Origin: an uncultured Candidatus Kuenenia sp.
GTDB lineage: Bacteria > Planctomycetota > Planctomycetia > Pirellulales > UBA1268
NCBI GenBank assembly: GCA_964478275.1
Contig: CAYZHH010000002.1
Location: forward strand, 1 to 43,078
DNA: 43,078 nt
Direction: 5' to 3'
Shown: positions 17,224-26,246 of the stretch, piece after piece
How positions within the stretch are numbered: the first letter of the stretch is position 1
How the letters are laid out: every line of letters begins with the position of its first letter
Translations under genes and position numbers: made by a program
Notes under the pieces: generated by a model
Databases searched by the model: none
Seen by the model: only the letters and a program-made list of their open reading frames with translations
Told to the model about the DNA's origin: nothing

Positions 17224-18330
17224 ATGACTCATTCGCGCAAACGTGTTGTTGTTGCCATGAGTGGGGGCGTCGATTCGAGTGTCGCCGCGGCGATGCTCGT
17301 CGATGAGGGCTACGACTGCGTCGGCGTCTTCATGCGGCATGCGGCGCCGGCGATGCCCGTGGGGCTTCCTGTCGTCGAGGTGCGTCCCGGTCACCAGGGC
17401 TGCTGCAGCGCTACCGACGCGCTCGACGCCCGGCGGGTGGCCGATCGCCTGGGCATCCCGCTCTACCCGCTCGACCTCACGGCCGACTTCAGCAGGATCA
17501 TCGATGACTTCGCCGCGGAGTACGGCCGCGGCCGCACGCCAAACCCCTGCGTGCGGTGCAACGCCTGGCTCAAGTTTGGCCGGCTCTTCGACCACGCCGC
17601 GGCGATCGGCGCTGAGTATGTCGCCACGGGGCACTACGCCAGGCTCGAGCGCGATGCTGCTGGCGATCCGGTGCTTCGCCGTGGGCTCGAGGCTGCACGA
17701 GACCAGTCGTATGTGCTTTTCAGCGTCGCGCCGGAGCGGCTGCGTCAGATGCTTCTACCCATCGGCGACCTTCCGAAAGCGGAGGTGCGGAAGCGAGCCA
17801 CAACGCTTGGGCTTGTGACGGCCGACAAGCCGGATAGTCAGGAGATCTGTTTTGTGGCACCGGGCGAACACGCCCGGCTCGTTGCGGCGCGGCTGGGTGG
17901 CTCGCGGGCTGGCGCAATCGTCGATCCATCTGGAACCATTCTCGGACGCCACGAAGGGATCGAACACTTCACGGTCGGCCAGCGTCGGGGCCTCGGCATC
18001 GCGACGGGAGAGCCGCTCTACGTCGTGCGGATCGAAGCCGACACCTGCCGAGTGGTCGTCGGACCGCGGCACGACGTGCCCGAGCAGGAGCTCGTGGCCA
18101 CCGATGCCACGTGGCTCGTGCCCGTGCCCACAGAGCCATTTGCGTGCAGCGTCCAGTGCCGTGCCCAGCGAGTCGCGGCTCCGGCGGTTGTCACGCCACT
18201 GCCAGGCAAACGCTTTCACGCGCGGTTCACCGGCGGTCCAGAAGCCCCGCCGGGAGCAATCTCACCGGGCCAGCCCGCCGTGGTCTACGACGGCGAGCGA
18301 CTCCTCGGCGGCGGCTGGAGCGACGGGTGA
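17224..18330 (+). CDS. mnmA: tRNA-specific 2-thiouridylase (tRNA 2-thiouridine(34) synthase)
   Basis: PP-loop VVVAMSGGVDSSVAAAML, RTPNPCVRCN, ATGHYAR and DQSYVL. The track start at 17209 is TTG; ATG 17224 is preferred. Confidence 0.95.
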   Translation: MTHSRKRVVVAMSGGVDSSVAAAMLVDEGYDCVGVFMRHAAPAMPVGLPVVEVRPGHQGCCSATDALDARRVADRLGIPLYPLDLTADFSRIIDDFAAEYGRGRTPNPCVRCNAWLKFGRLFDHAAAIGAEYVATGHYARLERDAAGDPVLRRGLEAARDQSYVLFSVAPERLRQMLLPIGDLPKAEVRKRATTLGLVTADKPDSQEICFVAPGEHARLVAARLGGSRAGAIVDPSGTILGRHEGIEHFTVGQRRGLGIATGEPLYVVRIEADTCRVVVGPRHDVPEQELVATDATWLVPVPTEPFACSVQCRAQRVAAPAVVTPLPGKRFHARFTGGPEAPPGAISPGQPAVVYDGERLLGGGWSDG

Positions 18331-18469
18331 ACGGCGAAGCGTTCCACCCCCGAAACCCCTGCCAGCCACCGGAGAAACAGAGATATCAGCCCACGGGAGC
18401 GAAAATTTCCCCTGCGGCCAACCGTGAACTACGCTTGCCGGAGTCGAATCTTTCCCAGGGAGAAGCAGT

Positions 18470-19423
18470 GTGGACCCCAAGGCCCAGACAGTCCTTGTCA
18501 TCGCAGCGGCAGTCCTGCTCGGCATCGTAGCGCTCACGATGCTCTTGCTCATTTTCAATTTTGGCCAGCTCTGGTTTCAGGCCTACTGGTCGAAGGCCCC
18601 GGTGACGTTCTTCGAGCTCTTGGGCATGAGTCTGCGAAAGGTGAATGCACGCACGATCGTCCAGGCCAGAATCATGGCCGTCCAGGCGGGCCTTGGCGAT
18701 CTCACCGCCCGCAAGCTCGAGGCCCATACCCTCTCCGGTGGCGATGTGCCCCGTGTGATCCGGGCGCTCATCGCGGCCCAGCGAGCTGACCTCGACCTCG
18801 ACTTCGATCGGGCATGTGCCATCGACATCGCTGGCCGCGACGTCCTCGACGCGGTGCAGACAAGCGTGAACCCCAAGGTGATCGACTGCCCCGACGCGAT
18901 CAGTGGCAAATCCACCCTCTCGGCCGTCGCTCGAAACGGCGTGGAGCTCAAAATCCGTGCCCGCGTCACCGTGCGGACGAATCTCCAGCAGCTCATCGGC
19001 GGTGCCACCGAGGAGACGATCATTGCCCGCGTGGGTGAGGGCATCATCACCTCGATCGGCTCGGCCCCGAGCCACTTCGACGTGATGGAGCACCCAGACA
19101 CGATCTCGAAGGCGGTGCTGCAGCGGGGCCTCGATGCTCAGACCGCGTTCCAGATCGTCTCAATCGATATCGCCGACATCGAGGTCGGCGAGAACATTGG
19201 CGCCCGCCTCCAGGCCGACCAGGCCGAGGCCGACACTCGCGTGGCTCGTGCCAAGGCCGAGGAGCGACGAGCCGTGGCCATCGCCCGCGAGCAGGAGATG
19301 AAGGCAGCGACGGCCGAGAACAGGGCCAAGGTGCTCGACGCCGAGGCCCTCGTGCCCAAGAGCATCGGCGAGGCCTACCGGGCCGGCCGGATCGCCCTGC
19401 CGGCCAATGGCCAGGCGGGGTAG
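18470..19423 (+). CDS. floA: Flotillin-like protein FloA (UPF0365/YqfA family)
   Basis: An N-terminal TM segment is followed by strong family signatures: [50 protein letters not shown] and [11 protein letters not shown]...[27 protein letters not shown] start. Confidence 0.9.
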   Translation: MDPKAQTVLVIAAAVLLGIVALTMLLLIFNFGQLWFQAYWSKAPVTFFELLGMSLRKVNARTIVQARIMAVQAGLGDLTARKLEAHTLSGGDVPRVIRALIAAQRADLDLDFDRACAIDIAGRDVLDAVQTSVNPKVIDCPDAISGKSTLSAVARNGVELKIRARVTVRTNLQQLIGGATEETIIARVGEGIITSIGSAPSHFDVMEHPDTISKAVLQRGLDAQTAFQIVSIDIADIEVGENIGARLQADQAEADTRVARAKAEERRAVAIAREQEMKAATAENRAKVLDAEALVPKSIGEAYRAGRIALPANGQAG

Positions 19424-19632
19424 CAGCTTGCCCAGTCGCGCCAACCTGCCCCTGCCAACCGGGGAAAAGGCCCGCGATCGGTATGACCGGACCAGTTCCT
19501 CAAATCCGTCAGGCCGACTGCCGATAACCCTTCAAGACGGGAGTCGGCGCACGTCAGGATGACGGCCGACCCAGGACGGGTTGATCGCCCGCCGGCTCCT
19601 GTGAATTTTTCCAGGGCAAGGGAGCATATGCC

Positions 19633-19878
19633 ATGGCGATTCGCAGCTTGCGGGTCTACACCGAGCCCGATGTCGAGACGATGTCGTCGACCAGAACCCT
19701 GCCGATGCGGGATGCCGGTGTCCGCGTCTCGCTCAGCGAGGCGCTGCCGCTGTTGGCCGACGCCGTCGCCAGTGACCGGACGTGGCTGAAGGACTTCGCC
19801 GACGAGGACATCACCGTCTCGTCGGATCTCTACGACGTCCTCCAGGCCTACCGTCACTTCCGTCGGCCCGGCGCCTGA
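19633..19878 (+). CDS. Small hypothetical protein (81 aa)
   Basis: GGGAG lies 8-9 nt upstream of the ATG. Third positions are strongly G/C-biased across the ORF. I recognise no motif. Confidence 0.45.
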   Translation: MAIRSLRVYTEPDVETMSSTRTLPMRDAGVRVSLSEALPLLADAVASDRTWLKDFADEDITVSSDLYDVLQAYRHFRRPGA

Positions 19879-19974
19879 TTCGGCGAGCAGAACCAGTCGG
19901 TACACTTTCCAGGGTCGGTGGCGAGCACGGTCGCTCGCTGCCAGAGCGTGATGCGCACCCTGGAGTGACCCGCC

Positions 19975-21438
19975 ATGTTCCTGCCCCGCCGCGATTTTCT
20001 CGAGCGTGCTTTGTCGCTCTCCGCCGCTGCTCTCGCGGCTACGCCCAGCCTGTCACGCGCGGCTGGCCCCGAAGCGGCCCGTGCCGCCGGGCCTTCCGAG
20101 CGGATCCGGGTGGCGGTCGTGGGCACGAATGGCCGTGGTGCGAGCCACATCGGCGGCTGGATCAATAATCCGTCGACCGATCTCGTCGCTATCTGCGACT
20201 GTGATCCCGCCGCGTACGCCAAGTACGAGAAGCGGTTCGCTGAGCTTCCGCAGAAGCCCGACTTCGAGAAGGACATCCGGCGGCTCCTCGAGCGGCAAGA
20301 TATCGACGTCATCTCGATCGCCACGCCGAATCATTGGCATGCCCTCATGACGATCTGGGCCATGCAGGCCGGCAAGGACGTCTATGTCGAGAAGCCCTGT
20401 AGCCACAATGTGACCGAGGGGCGTGTGATGGTGGACTGGGCCCGCAAGCTCGGCCGGATCTGCCAGATGGGAGCCCAGAGCCGAAGCATGCCGGGCATGC
20501 GGCAGGCGGTTGAGTTTGTGACGAGCGGCAAGATCGGCGCCGTGAAGCTAGCCCACGCGCTGTGCTACAAGCGGCGGCCGAGCATCGGCCTGGTGGATAC
20601 CCCCGCCCCCCTTCCTGCGGGCCTCGACTTCGACCTGTGGGCCGGGCCCGCGCCGGCCGAGGTGCCCATCCGAAAGAAGCTTCACTACGACTGGCACTGG
20701 GACCATCACACGGGCAACGGCGACCTAGGCAATCAGAATCCGCACGAGCTCGACAAGGCTCGCTGGGGCCTCGGAAAGCAGGAGCTACCGAAGCGAGTCG
20801 TGAGCCTTGGCGGACGGCTCGGCTATATCGATAACGGCGACGTGGCCAATAGCCAGGTCACGATCTACCAGTGGGACGACGCGGTCTTGATCTCGGATGT
20901 CCGGGGCCTCGAGATCAAGGCACCCGAATCCTTCGGCCTCGCGGCCGGCCCCCTTCGCGTGGCGAATATCTGGTGGGGCACCGAGGGTTATGTCGTGTCT
21001 CCCAACTACACCTCCGGTGTCGCCTTCGATTACGACGGCAAGCAGCTTGGCAAGTGGTCAGGCGGCAGTGACCAGGACCATTTCAATAATTTCGTGACGG
21101 CGGTGAAGAGCCGCCGGCACGAGGATCTCCACCTCGACATCGAGGATGGGCATCTTTCGAGTGCGCTTGCTCATCTCGGCAATGTGTCGTGGACCCTCGG
21201 GACTCCTGTCGAACCGGGCACACAACCAAGCCTCGCGGCGAATGATCCGCGGGTGAAACAAACACTCGAAAGTTTTGAAGCCCACCTGGCGGCCAACGAC
21301 GTCACATTTGCAGAGACGCCCTTGAAGCTGGGCCGCACGCTCAACGTGGATCCAAAGACCGAGCAGTCAGACGACCCCGAGGCCAACAAGCTCTTCACCC
21401 GCGAGTATCGCAAAGGTTTTGAATTGCCCCGGGCGTAG
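19975..21438 (+). CDS. Gfo/Idh/MocA-family oxidoreductase with twin-arginine (TAT) signal
   Basis: RRDFLE plus a hydrophobic stretch and AxA-like site. Rossmann N-terminus IRVAVVGTNGRGASH. Family signature EKP (VYVEKPCSHN). GGAG upstream of the ATG. Confidence 0.9.
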   Translation: MFLPRRDFLERALSLSAAALAATPSLSRAAGPEAARAAGPSERIRVAVVGTNGRGASHIGGWINNPSTDLVAICDCDPAAYAKYEKRFAELPQKPDFEKDIRRLLERQDIDVISIATPNHWHALMTIWAMQAGKDVYVEKPCSHNVTEGRVMVDWARKLGRICQMGAQSRSMPGMRQAVEFVTSGKIGAVKLAHALCYKRRPSIGLVDTPAPLPAGLDFDLWAGPAPAEVPIRKKLHYDWHWDHHTGNGDLGNQNPHELDKARWGLGKQELPKRVVSLGGRLGYIDNGDVANSQVTIYQWDDAVLISDVRGLEIKAPESFGLAAGPLRVANIWWGTEGYVVSPNYTSGVAFDYDGKQLGKWSGGSDQDHFNNFVTAVKSRRHEDLHLDIEDGHLSSALAHLGNVSWTLGTPVEPGTQPSLAANDPRVKQTLESFEAHLAANDVTFAETPLKLGRTLNVDPKTEQSDDPEANKLFTREYRKGFELPRA

Positions 21439-21546
21439 CTCCTCGGGACGTGCCGTGCGCACACCGATCGTGGCCGTTACTTTGTTGCGGTTCGTGCGGT
21501 TCGACACGCGTACGATCTTCTCGGTACGCGTGCTGGAACGGCGGCC

Positions 21547-22393
21547 ATGGTTGACGTCGCGATCCTGGGTGCCGGCATTGCGGGCATGGCTACCGCGGCA
21601 AGACTGCAAGCGGCCGGCCTTTCGACCATCGTCTTCGAGTCGCACAGCCAGCCCGGCGGATGTGCTGGATATTTTCGCCGCAAAGGTTTTGCGTTCGATG
21701 TGGGGGCGACGACACTTGTTGATTGTTGCCCCTGGCGGAGTCGGCGGAGATTTTCTGAAAGCCATCGGCCTTGAAGACTTGGAAGTCGAGGAGCTGCCTG
21801 GCTATGTCGCCTGGCTGCCCAACCGTCGGGTGACGCTCGCTCGCGACCCAGGCCACTGGCTACGCGAGCGTCTCTCGATGCTTGGCGACTCACCGGCACA
21901 CCAGCGATTCTGGAAGATCCTCGATCATCTCGCCGCCGTCTTCTGGACCACGACACGCCGAGGCGTGAAGCTGCCGGTGCGGTCTTTTGGTGATGTCTGT
22001 CGCATTGCCGCTGCCGTGGCGCCTGCAGACTGGCCTCTCGCCCGGTATCTCCGCTGGACCGTTGGAGACCTGTTTCGGTCCCTCGGCCTCCGCACCGACA
22101 GCTCCTTCAGGATTACGACGCGCCGCTGGGAAACGGCAACACCATGTTCATCTCCGTATCGTCTCCCGGCGATACACTCAGCGGCCCTGACGGTTGCCGG
22201 GCCGTGATGATCTCGACCCACTGCGACCTCACGGAGTGGGAAGGGCTGACCGAGACTGCCTACGCGGCTCGCAAGGAATGGGCAGTGGAGAGGCTCTTGG
22301 GATTCGCCCGTCGCGTCTATCCCGGTTGGGCAAGTCCGCTCGCGTGTGTGAGCTGGGTACACCGCGCTCATTCGAGCGCTTCACCAGCCTCGT
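21547..22393 (+). pseudogene. CrtI/phytoene-desaturase-family FAD oxidoreductase pseudogene (frameshifts, internal deletion, 3' truncation)
   Basis: An FAD-binding N-terminus MVDVAILGAGIAGMATAARL..GGCAGYF..FDVGATTLVD is followed by a frame change near 21721-21730 into APGGVGGDFLKAIGL... There is a jump near 22110-22143 to the C-terminal block MFISVSSPGD..AVMISTH. A second frame change near 22325 leads into LGKSARVCELGTPRSFERFT. The total is ~850 nt, versus the ~1.5 kb I expect for this family from general knowledge. Confidence 0.7.
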
Positions 22394-22678
22394 GAGCTGA
22401 TCGTCCCAACACTCAGCCTCTTCGAGGTGTTCAAGCGGGTGCTCTGCCAGCGAGACGAGAGCCTCGCGCTCCAGGCGGTCGCGATGATGCAGCAAGGCGA
22501 AGTCGTCGAGTTGACTGCCACACTCGCGCTTGCCGCCGCCACACTCGCGGCTGATCTGCGGCTGCCGACGGCGGACAGCATCATCTTGGCAACTGCCCGT
22601 GCCCACGACGCAGCGCTCTGGACCCAGGATGCCGACTTCGAGCACATCGGCTGTGTTCGCTTTGTCCGCAGGCAGTGA
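22394..22678 (+). pseudogene. N-terminally truncated VapC-type PIN-domain toxin remnant
   Basis: ELIVPTLSLFEVFKRV...LPTADSIILATARAHDAALWTQDADFEHI matches the middle and C-terminus of PIN/VapC. The first ~20-30 aa, including the first catalytic Asp, are missing, and no antitoxin ORF lies upstream. The frame opens only at 22352, inside the CrtI-like remnant. Confidence 0.6.
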
Positions 22679-22726
22679 GGCGACCCTGACTCACCGCGGC
22701 TGAACCTACCGCTGGCCAATGACTTC

Positions 22727-23617
22727 TCACGAGAACGCCGTGTCGCCTGGGGTAGTCTCGAGGAGATGATCGCGAGTAAGGGTTCCGTTTCGGTACCTTC
22801 GCAGCTTCAGGATCCAGTCCTGGTTTACCTCGTCGGAGACGGCCTTGAACGTGCTGGCGAGGCCGTCCAGCGATCCATGCGGAACATCCAGGTGCCGCAC
22901 GATCCTCGCGACGACCTCGCGAAGGTCATCGGAGAAGTGTTCGTAGTAGATACGGATCGGGCGGAGATCATGCCGGAACAAGTAGTCCTCCCACATCCAT
23001 TTTTCATGGCTGAGAGTGTCGATGATGTGGCAGAGTTTCCGGACATCAAACAGGTTCCGGATCTCATCGATCCCTCGCTTCGGAGGAGCCGCCTTATCTG
23101 GGGAGTCATGCCAGTACCCCGAAAGTATCGCGCGGTAGAGGGAGACTGCCTGCGCCTCGATGTCGAATCGGTCGAGGTACACGACCTTCAGGTTCGGGAA
23201 CAGCAGTTGGATCTTGTCCTGGAAATACTCAAAATCCAACCAGCATGTCTTGAACACGACGCAGTCTTCGCTTGCCGCAGCGTACTGCGCGAGAAACTCT
23301 CCCATCGTCTTCGCCCCGCGGCGCTTCTGGTCTGGTGTCTTGTTGCTCCGAGTATTGAACAACTCCCGGGGCTTGCCTGCTCGAATCACCGACGCCAGGC
23401 CCGAACAGAGGTGCGAGCTCCCCGTACGAGCCGTCATCGCGATCATCACGGTGGGCTTGGTGATGCCGATCTGCCTGAGGTCATCAGTCGATAGGTGTCG
23501 GAGCTCCGGGAAGAGCACCTCGAGTGGCGATAGCGGCTGCGCCAGCCCTTCTTCTGGAGGACTGCCCGAAGCTCCGTACGCTTCGATGTCGTTGCTCCTG
23601 GGGGATGCGTTTGACAA
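22727..23617 (-). CDS. Stf0-type (PAPS-dependent) sulfotransferase
   Basis: 5'-PSB-like loop VMIAMTARTGSSHLCSGLASVIRAGKPRELFN (23414-23434) and C-terminal IRIYYEHFSDDL..VARIVRHLDV resemble the Stf0 family. GC is visibly lower than in the flanking genes. Confidence 0.75.
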   Translation of the reverse strand: MSNASPRSNDIEAYGASGSPPEEGLAQPLSPLEVLFPELRHLSTDDLRQIGITKPTVMIAMTARTGSSHLCSGLASVIRAGKPRELFNTRSNKTPDQKRRGAKTMGEFLAQYAAASEDCVVFKTCWLDFEYFQDKIQLLFPNLKVVYLDRFDIEAQAVSLYRAILSGYWHDSPDKAAPPKRGIDEIRNLFDVRKLCHIIDTLSHEKWMWEDYLFRHDLRPIRIYYEHFSDDLREVVARIVRHLDVPHGSLDGLASTFKAVSDEVNQDWILKLRRYRNGTLTRDHLLETTPGDTAFS

Positions 23618-23656
23618 AACAACAAGCCTCCGTCGTGAGGAGTCAGGCCGCTGGCC

Positions 23657-24205
23657 TCAGCCGTCCACCGGGTTTTCGGGCGTCGGCAGGAGGAGCTGCC
23701 AGAACTCGAGGTCGAGCCAGCGGCCGAACTTGAAGCCCGCCTCGCGGACGGTGCCGCAGCAGCGGAAGCCGAGCGAACTGTGCAGGGCGATACTCGCGAC
23801 GTTCGATGCATCGATGCCCGCCACGAGCATGTGCAGCCCGTACTGCTTGGCCTCCTCGAGGATCGCCTGCATGAGCTGGCGGCCCACACCCTCGCCCCGA
23901 AACCGATCGGCCACATAGACCGAGTGCTCGGCAGAGTATTTGTAGGCCGGCCGCGGCCGAAACGGCCCCCAGGTGGCGAAACCTGCCAGCACTCCAGGCT
24001 CCCACTCGATGCCAAGCACGGGGATGTTGGCCCGCTCCCGGATGGCCAGCCACTCCTGCATCGCCTCCTCAGTGCGCGGTGCATACTCGTAGAGCGCGGT
24101 CGAGTTGAGGATCGCGTCGTTAAAGATTTCCCGGATCACTGGCAGGTGCTCGGCCGCGCAGCGGATCACGGGGCGACGGGGGGGCGGGGGTCTCTTACGT
24201 GGCAT
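23657..24205 (-). CDS. GNAT N-acetyltransferase, phosphinothricin/methionine-sulfoximine acetyltransferase-like
   Basis: IREIFNDAILNSTALYEY.PRT.E....W, YKYSAEHSVYV....RG.GVG..L, and ASN..SIALH..LGF...G......G.KFGRWLDL.F.Q are typical of the PAT family. Its start overlaps the actP stop by 11 nt. Confidence 0.85.
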   Translation of the reverse strand: MPRKRPPPPRRPVIRCAAEHLPVIREIFNDAILNSTALYEYAPRTEEAMQEWLAIRERANIPVLGIEWEPGVLAGFATWGPFRPRPAYKYSAEHSVYVADRFRGEGVGRQLMQAILEEAKQYGLHMLVAGIDASNVASIALHSSLGFRCCGTVREAGFKFGRWLDLEFWQLLLPTPENPVDG

Positions 24206-25955
24206 GCTTCGATTCGGGGAGGAGCTGCGTCGCGGGAGTCAGGAGCGAAACGACCACGAGCACGACAAAGCCGAGCGGGATGGTGACAAGGCCAGGCTGG
24301 CTGAAGGGCATGGGCGCCATGCTCTTGGAGAGCCCGTAGACCTTCTCGAACGTGTCGGCCGAAAGCAGGATCCACCCGAGCGACGAGGCCATCCCCACGG
24401 TCACAGCAGCAATGATCCCCTGCTTGGTTGTGCGCCGCCAGAAGAGCAGCATGACGAGCGCGGGAAGGTTGGCGCTCGCCGCAATGTTGAACGCCCATCC
24501 CACGAGAAAACCGACATTAAAACCCTTGAAGAGGATGCCGAGGGCCATCGCGATGATCCCCAGCCCCACGGCCGCGAGTTTTCCGATGCGGACTTTCTCA
24601 TGATCGGTGAGCTTGACGCCCCAATAGCCCTGGACGAGATCGTGGGCCACGGCACCGCTGCCGGCCATGATGAGACCGCTCACGGTGCCGAGCACGGTCG
24701 TGAAGGCAATCGCCGAAATGATCGCGAAGAGCGTCTCGCTGAACGAACGGGCTAGGAGCGGTGCCGCCATGTTCTCGTCCGTGGGGTCGAGGGCACCGCT
24801 CGTCATCGCGCCGAGGCCGAGGTAGAGCGTCAGCACATAAAACCCGCCGATCATGGCGATGCCCACGACCGTGCTCTTCCGTGCGGCCATCGCGTCCTTC
24901 ACGGTGTAGTAGCGGATGAGGATATGTGGCAGCGACGCGGTGCCACAGAAAAGCGCGAGCATGAGGCTCGCGAAATCGAGCCGGCCGGCGAGCGTCCCAT
25001 CGGCGAGACCCTTGAAGCGGCCCCCCGGGCGGAGCAACTCCGCTGCGGGCCGCTCGGTCGGCGTAAAGGTCTCGTGCGTGCCCTGGTCGTCGGTGTGGGT
25101 CTTCTTGCTCCAGGTGACAACCGTCGAATCCTCGAGGGCTGCGAGGTACGCCAGCGGCCCGAGTGGCCCAGTTGAGCGGGCGTCACCAAACCGCTCGGGC
25201 AGCCGGGCGATCGTGCCCACCGGCCGGAGGTCATGGTCACTCGATTGCGGCTGGCCATCCACGAGCACCGTCCCGTCGGGTCGCACCGTGCGAACCTGGG
25301 GCGTCATGTCGATGGCCCCTGTGTGACCGGCATTCACCGAAAGGCCTCGGCCGAGGATCAGCACCGTCAGAATCCCGCAGAAAAACACGAGGAGCGAACC
25401 CTTGATGAACTGCACCCAGGTGGTGCTCACCATGCCTGCGGTCACCACGATGAAGGTCACGGCGATGCCCACGAGGATCACCCCCGCCCACTGCGGCAGG
25501 CCCAAGAGCGGCGTGACGAGGGCGCCAGCGCCCACCATCTGTGGGATCAGATAGAAGATGCTCACAACAAGCGTTGAGATGGCGACCGCGAGCTTGATGC
25601 CCCGGCTGTTGAACTTGGCATCGAGCGCATCGGCGAACGTGAATTTGCCGAGGGCCTTGATCGGCTCGGCGATGACGAAGAGCGCCACGATCCAGCCGGC
25701 CAGAAATCCAATCGAGTACAGAAACCCGTCGTAGCCAGAGAAGGCGATCATGCCGCAGATGCCGAGGAACGAGGCGGCGGAGAGATAGTCGCCCGCAAAG
25801 GCGACCCCATTGACCGCCCAGTGCACTTGGCCGTGAGCCGCGAAGTAGCCCTGGGCCGACTGCCCCTTGCGGCCCAAACGGAACGAGAGCCACAAGACGC
25901 CCGCCACCACGGCGGCAAAGATTCCGACAGCAAGCGGAGATGTGGAGTGGAGCAT
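24195..25955 (-). CDS. actP: Cation/acetate symporter (sodium:solute symporter family)
   Basis: N-terminus GYFAA...V....NG.A.AGDY.SAASFLGI.G.IA..GYDGF.YSIGF..GW. The protein is multi-TM throughout, and the gene is preceded by a DUF485 gene, as in yjcH-actP pairs. Confidence 0.9.
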   Translation of the reverse strand: MLHSTSPLAVGIFAAVVAGVLWLSFRLGRKGQSAQGYFAAHGQVHWAVNGVAFAGDYLSAASFLGICGMIAFSGYDGFLYSIGFLAGWIVALFVIAEPIKALGKFTFADALDAKFNSRGIKLAVAISTLVVSIFYLIPQMVGAGALVTPLLGLPQWAGVILVGIAVTFIVVTAGMVSTTWVQFIKGSLLVFFCGILTVLILGRGLSVNAGHTGAIDMTPQVRTVRPDGTVLVDGQPQSSDHDLRPVGTIARLPERFGDARSTGPLGPLAYLAALEDSTVVTWSKKTHTDDQGTHETFTPTERPAAELLRPGGRFKGLADGTLAGRLDFASLMLALFCGTASLPHILIRYYTVKDAMAARKSTVVGIAMIGGFYVLTLYLGLGAMTSGALDPTDENMAAPLLARSFSETLFAIISAIAFTTVLGTVSGLIMAGSGAVAHDLVQGYWGVKLTDHEKVRIGKLAAVGLGIIAMALGILFKGFNVGFLVGWAFNIAASANLPALVMLLFWRRTTKQGIIAAVTVGMASSLGWILLSADTFEKVYGLSKSMAPMPFSQPGLVTIPLGFVVLVVVSLLTPATQLLPESKHAT

Positions 25956-25961
25956 ACGCGG

Positions 25962-26237
25962 CTACGACCTCGGGCCACGTGTGCCAGCGAAGATCGAGAT
26001 CACCGCAAGAAGCACCGCGGCCGCAATCAGCCCGAGGCCGTAGGCAATGGCCAGGTTGACTCCACCGAATGGTCTCGCGGCGAGCAGGTCGGGCCGCACG
26101 AGGACGAGGGTAATAAACCCGCCGTAGAGCAGGACGTAGACGCCGAAGAGCGCGAGCCCAATCCGGCTCGCCGGCGGATGCGTTGTTGGCTCTTGCGATG
26201 GGTTATCGTTCGTCATGGCGATGGGGGCCCCCATCAT
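25962..26237 (-). CDS. DUF485 small membrane protein (YjcH-like ActP partner)
   Basis: 91 aa with two hydrophobic helices (IGLALFGVYVLLYGGFITLVL and NLAIAYGLGLIAAAVLLAVI), immediately upstream of actP. The start may be an internal Met (MTNDNP). Confidence 0.8.
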   Translation of the reverse strand: MMGAPIAMTNDNPSQEPTTHPPASRIGLALFGVYVLLYGGFITLVLVRPDLLAARPFGGVNLAIAYGLGLIAAAVLLAVISIFAGTRGPRS

Positions 26238-26246
26238 ACAAGCGAT

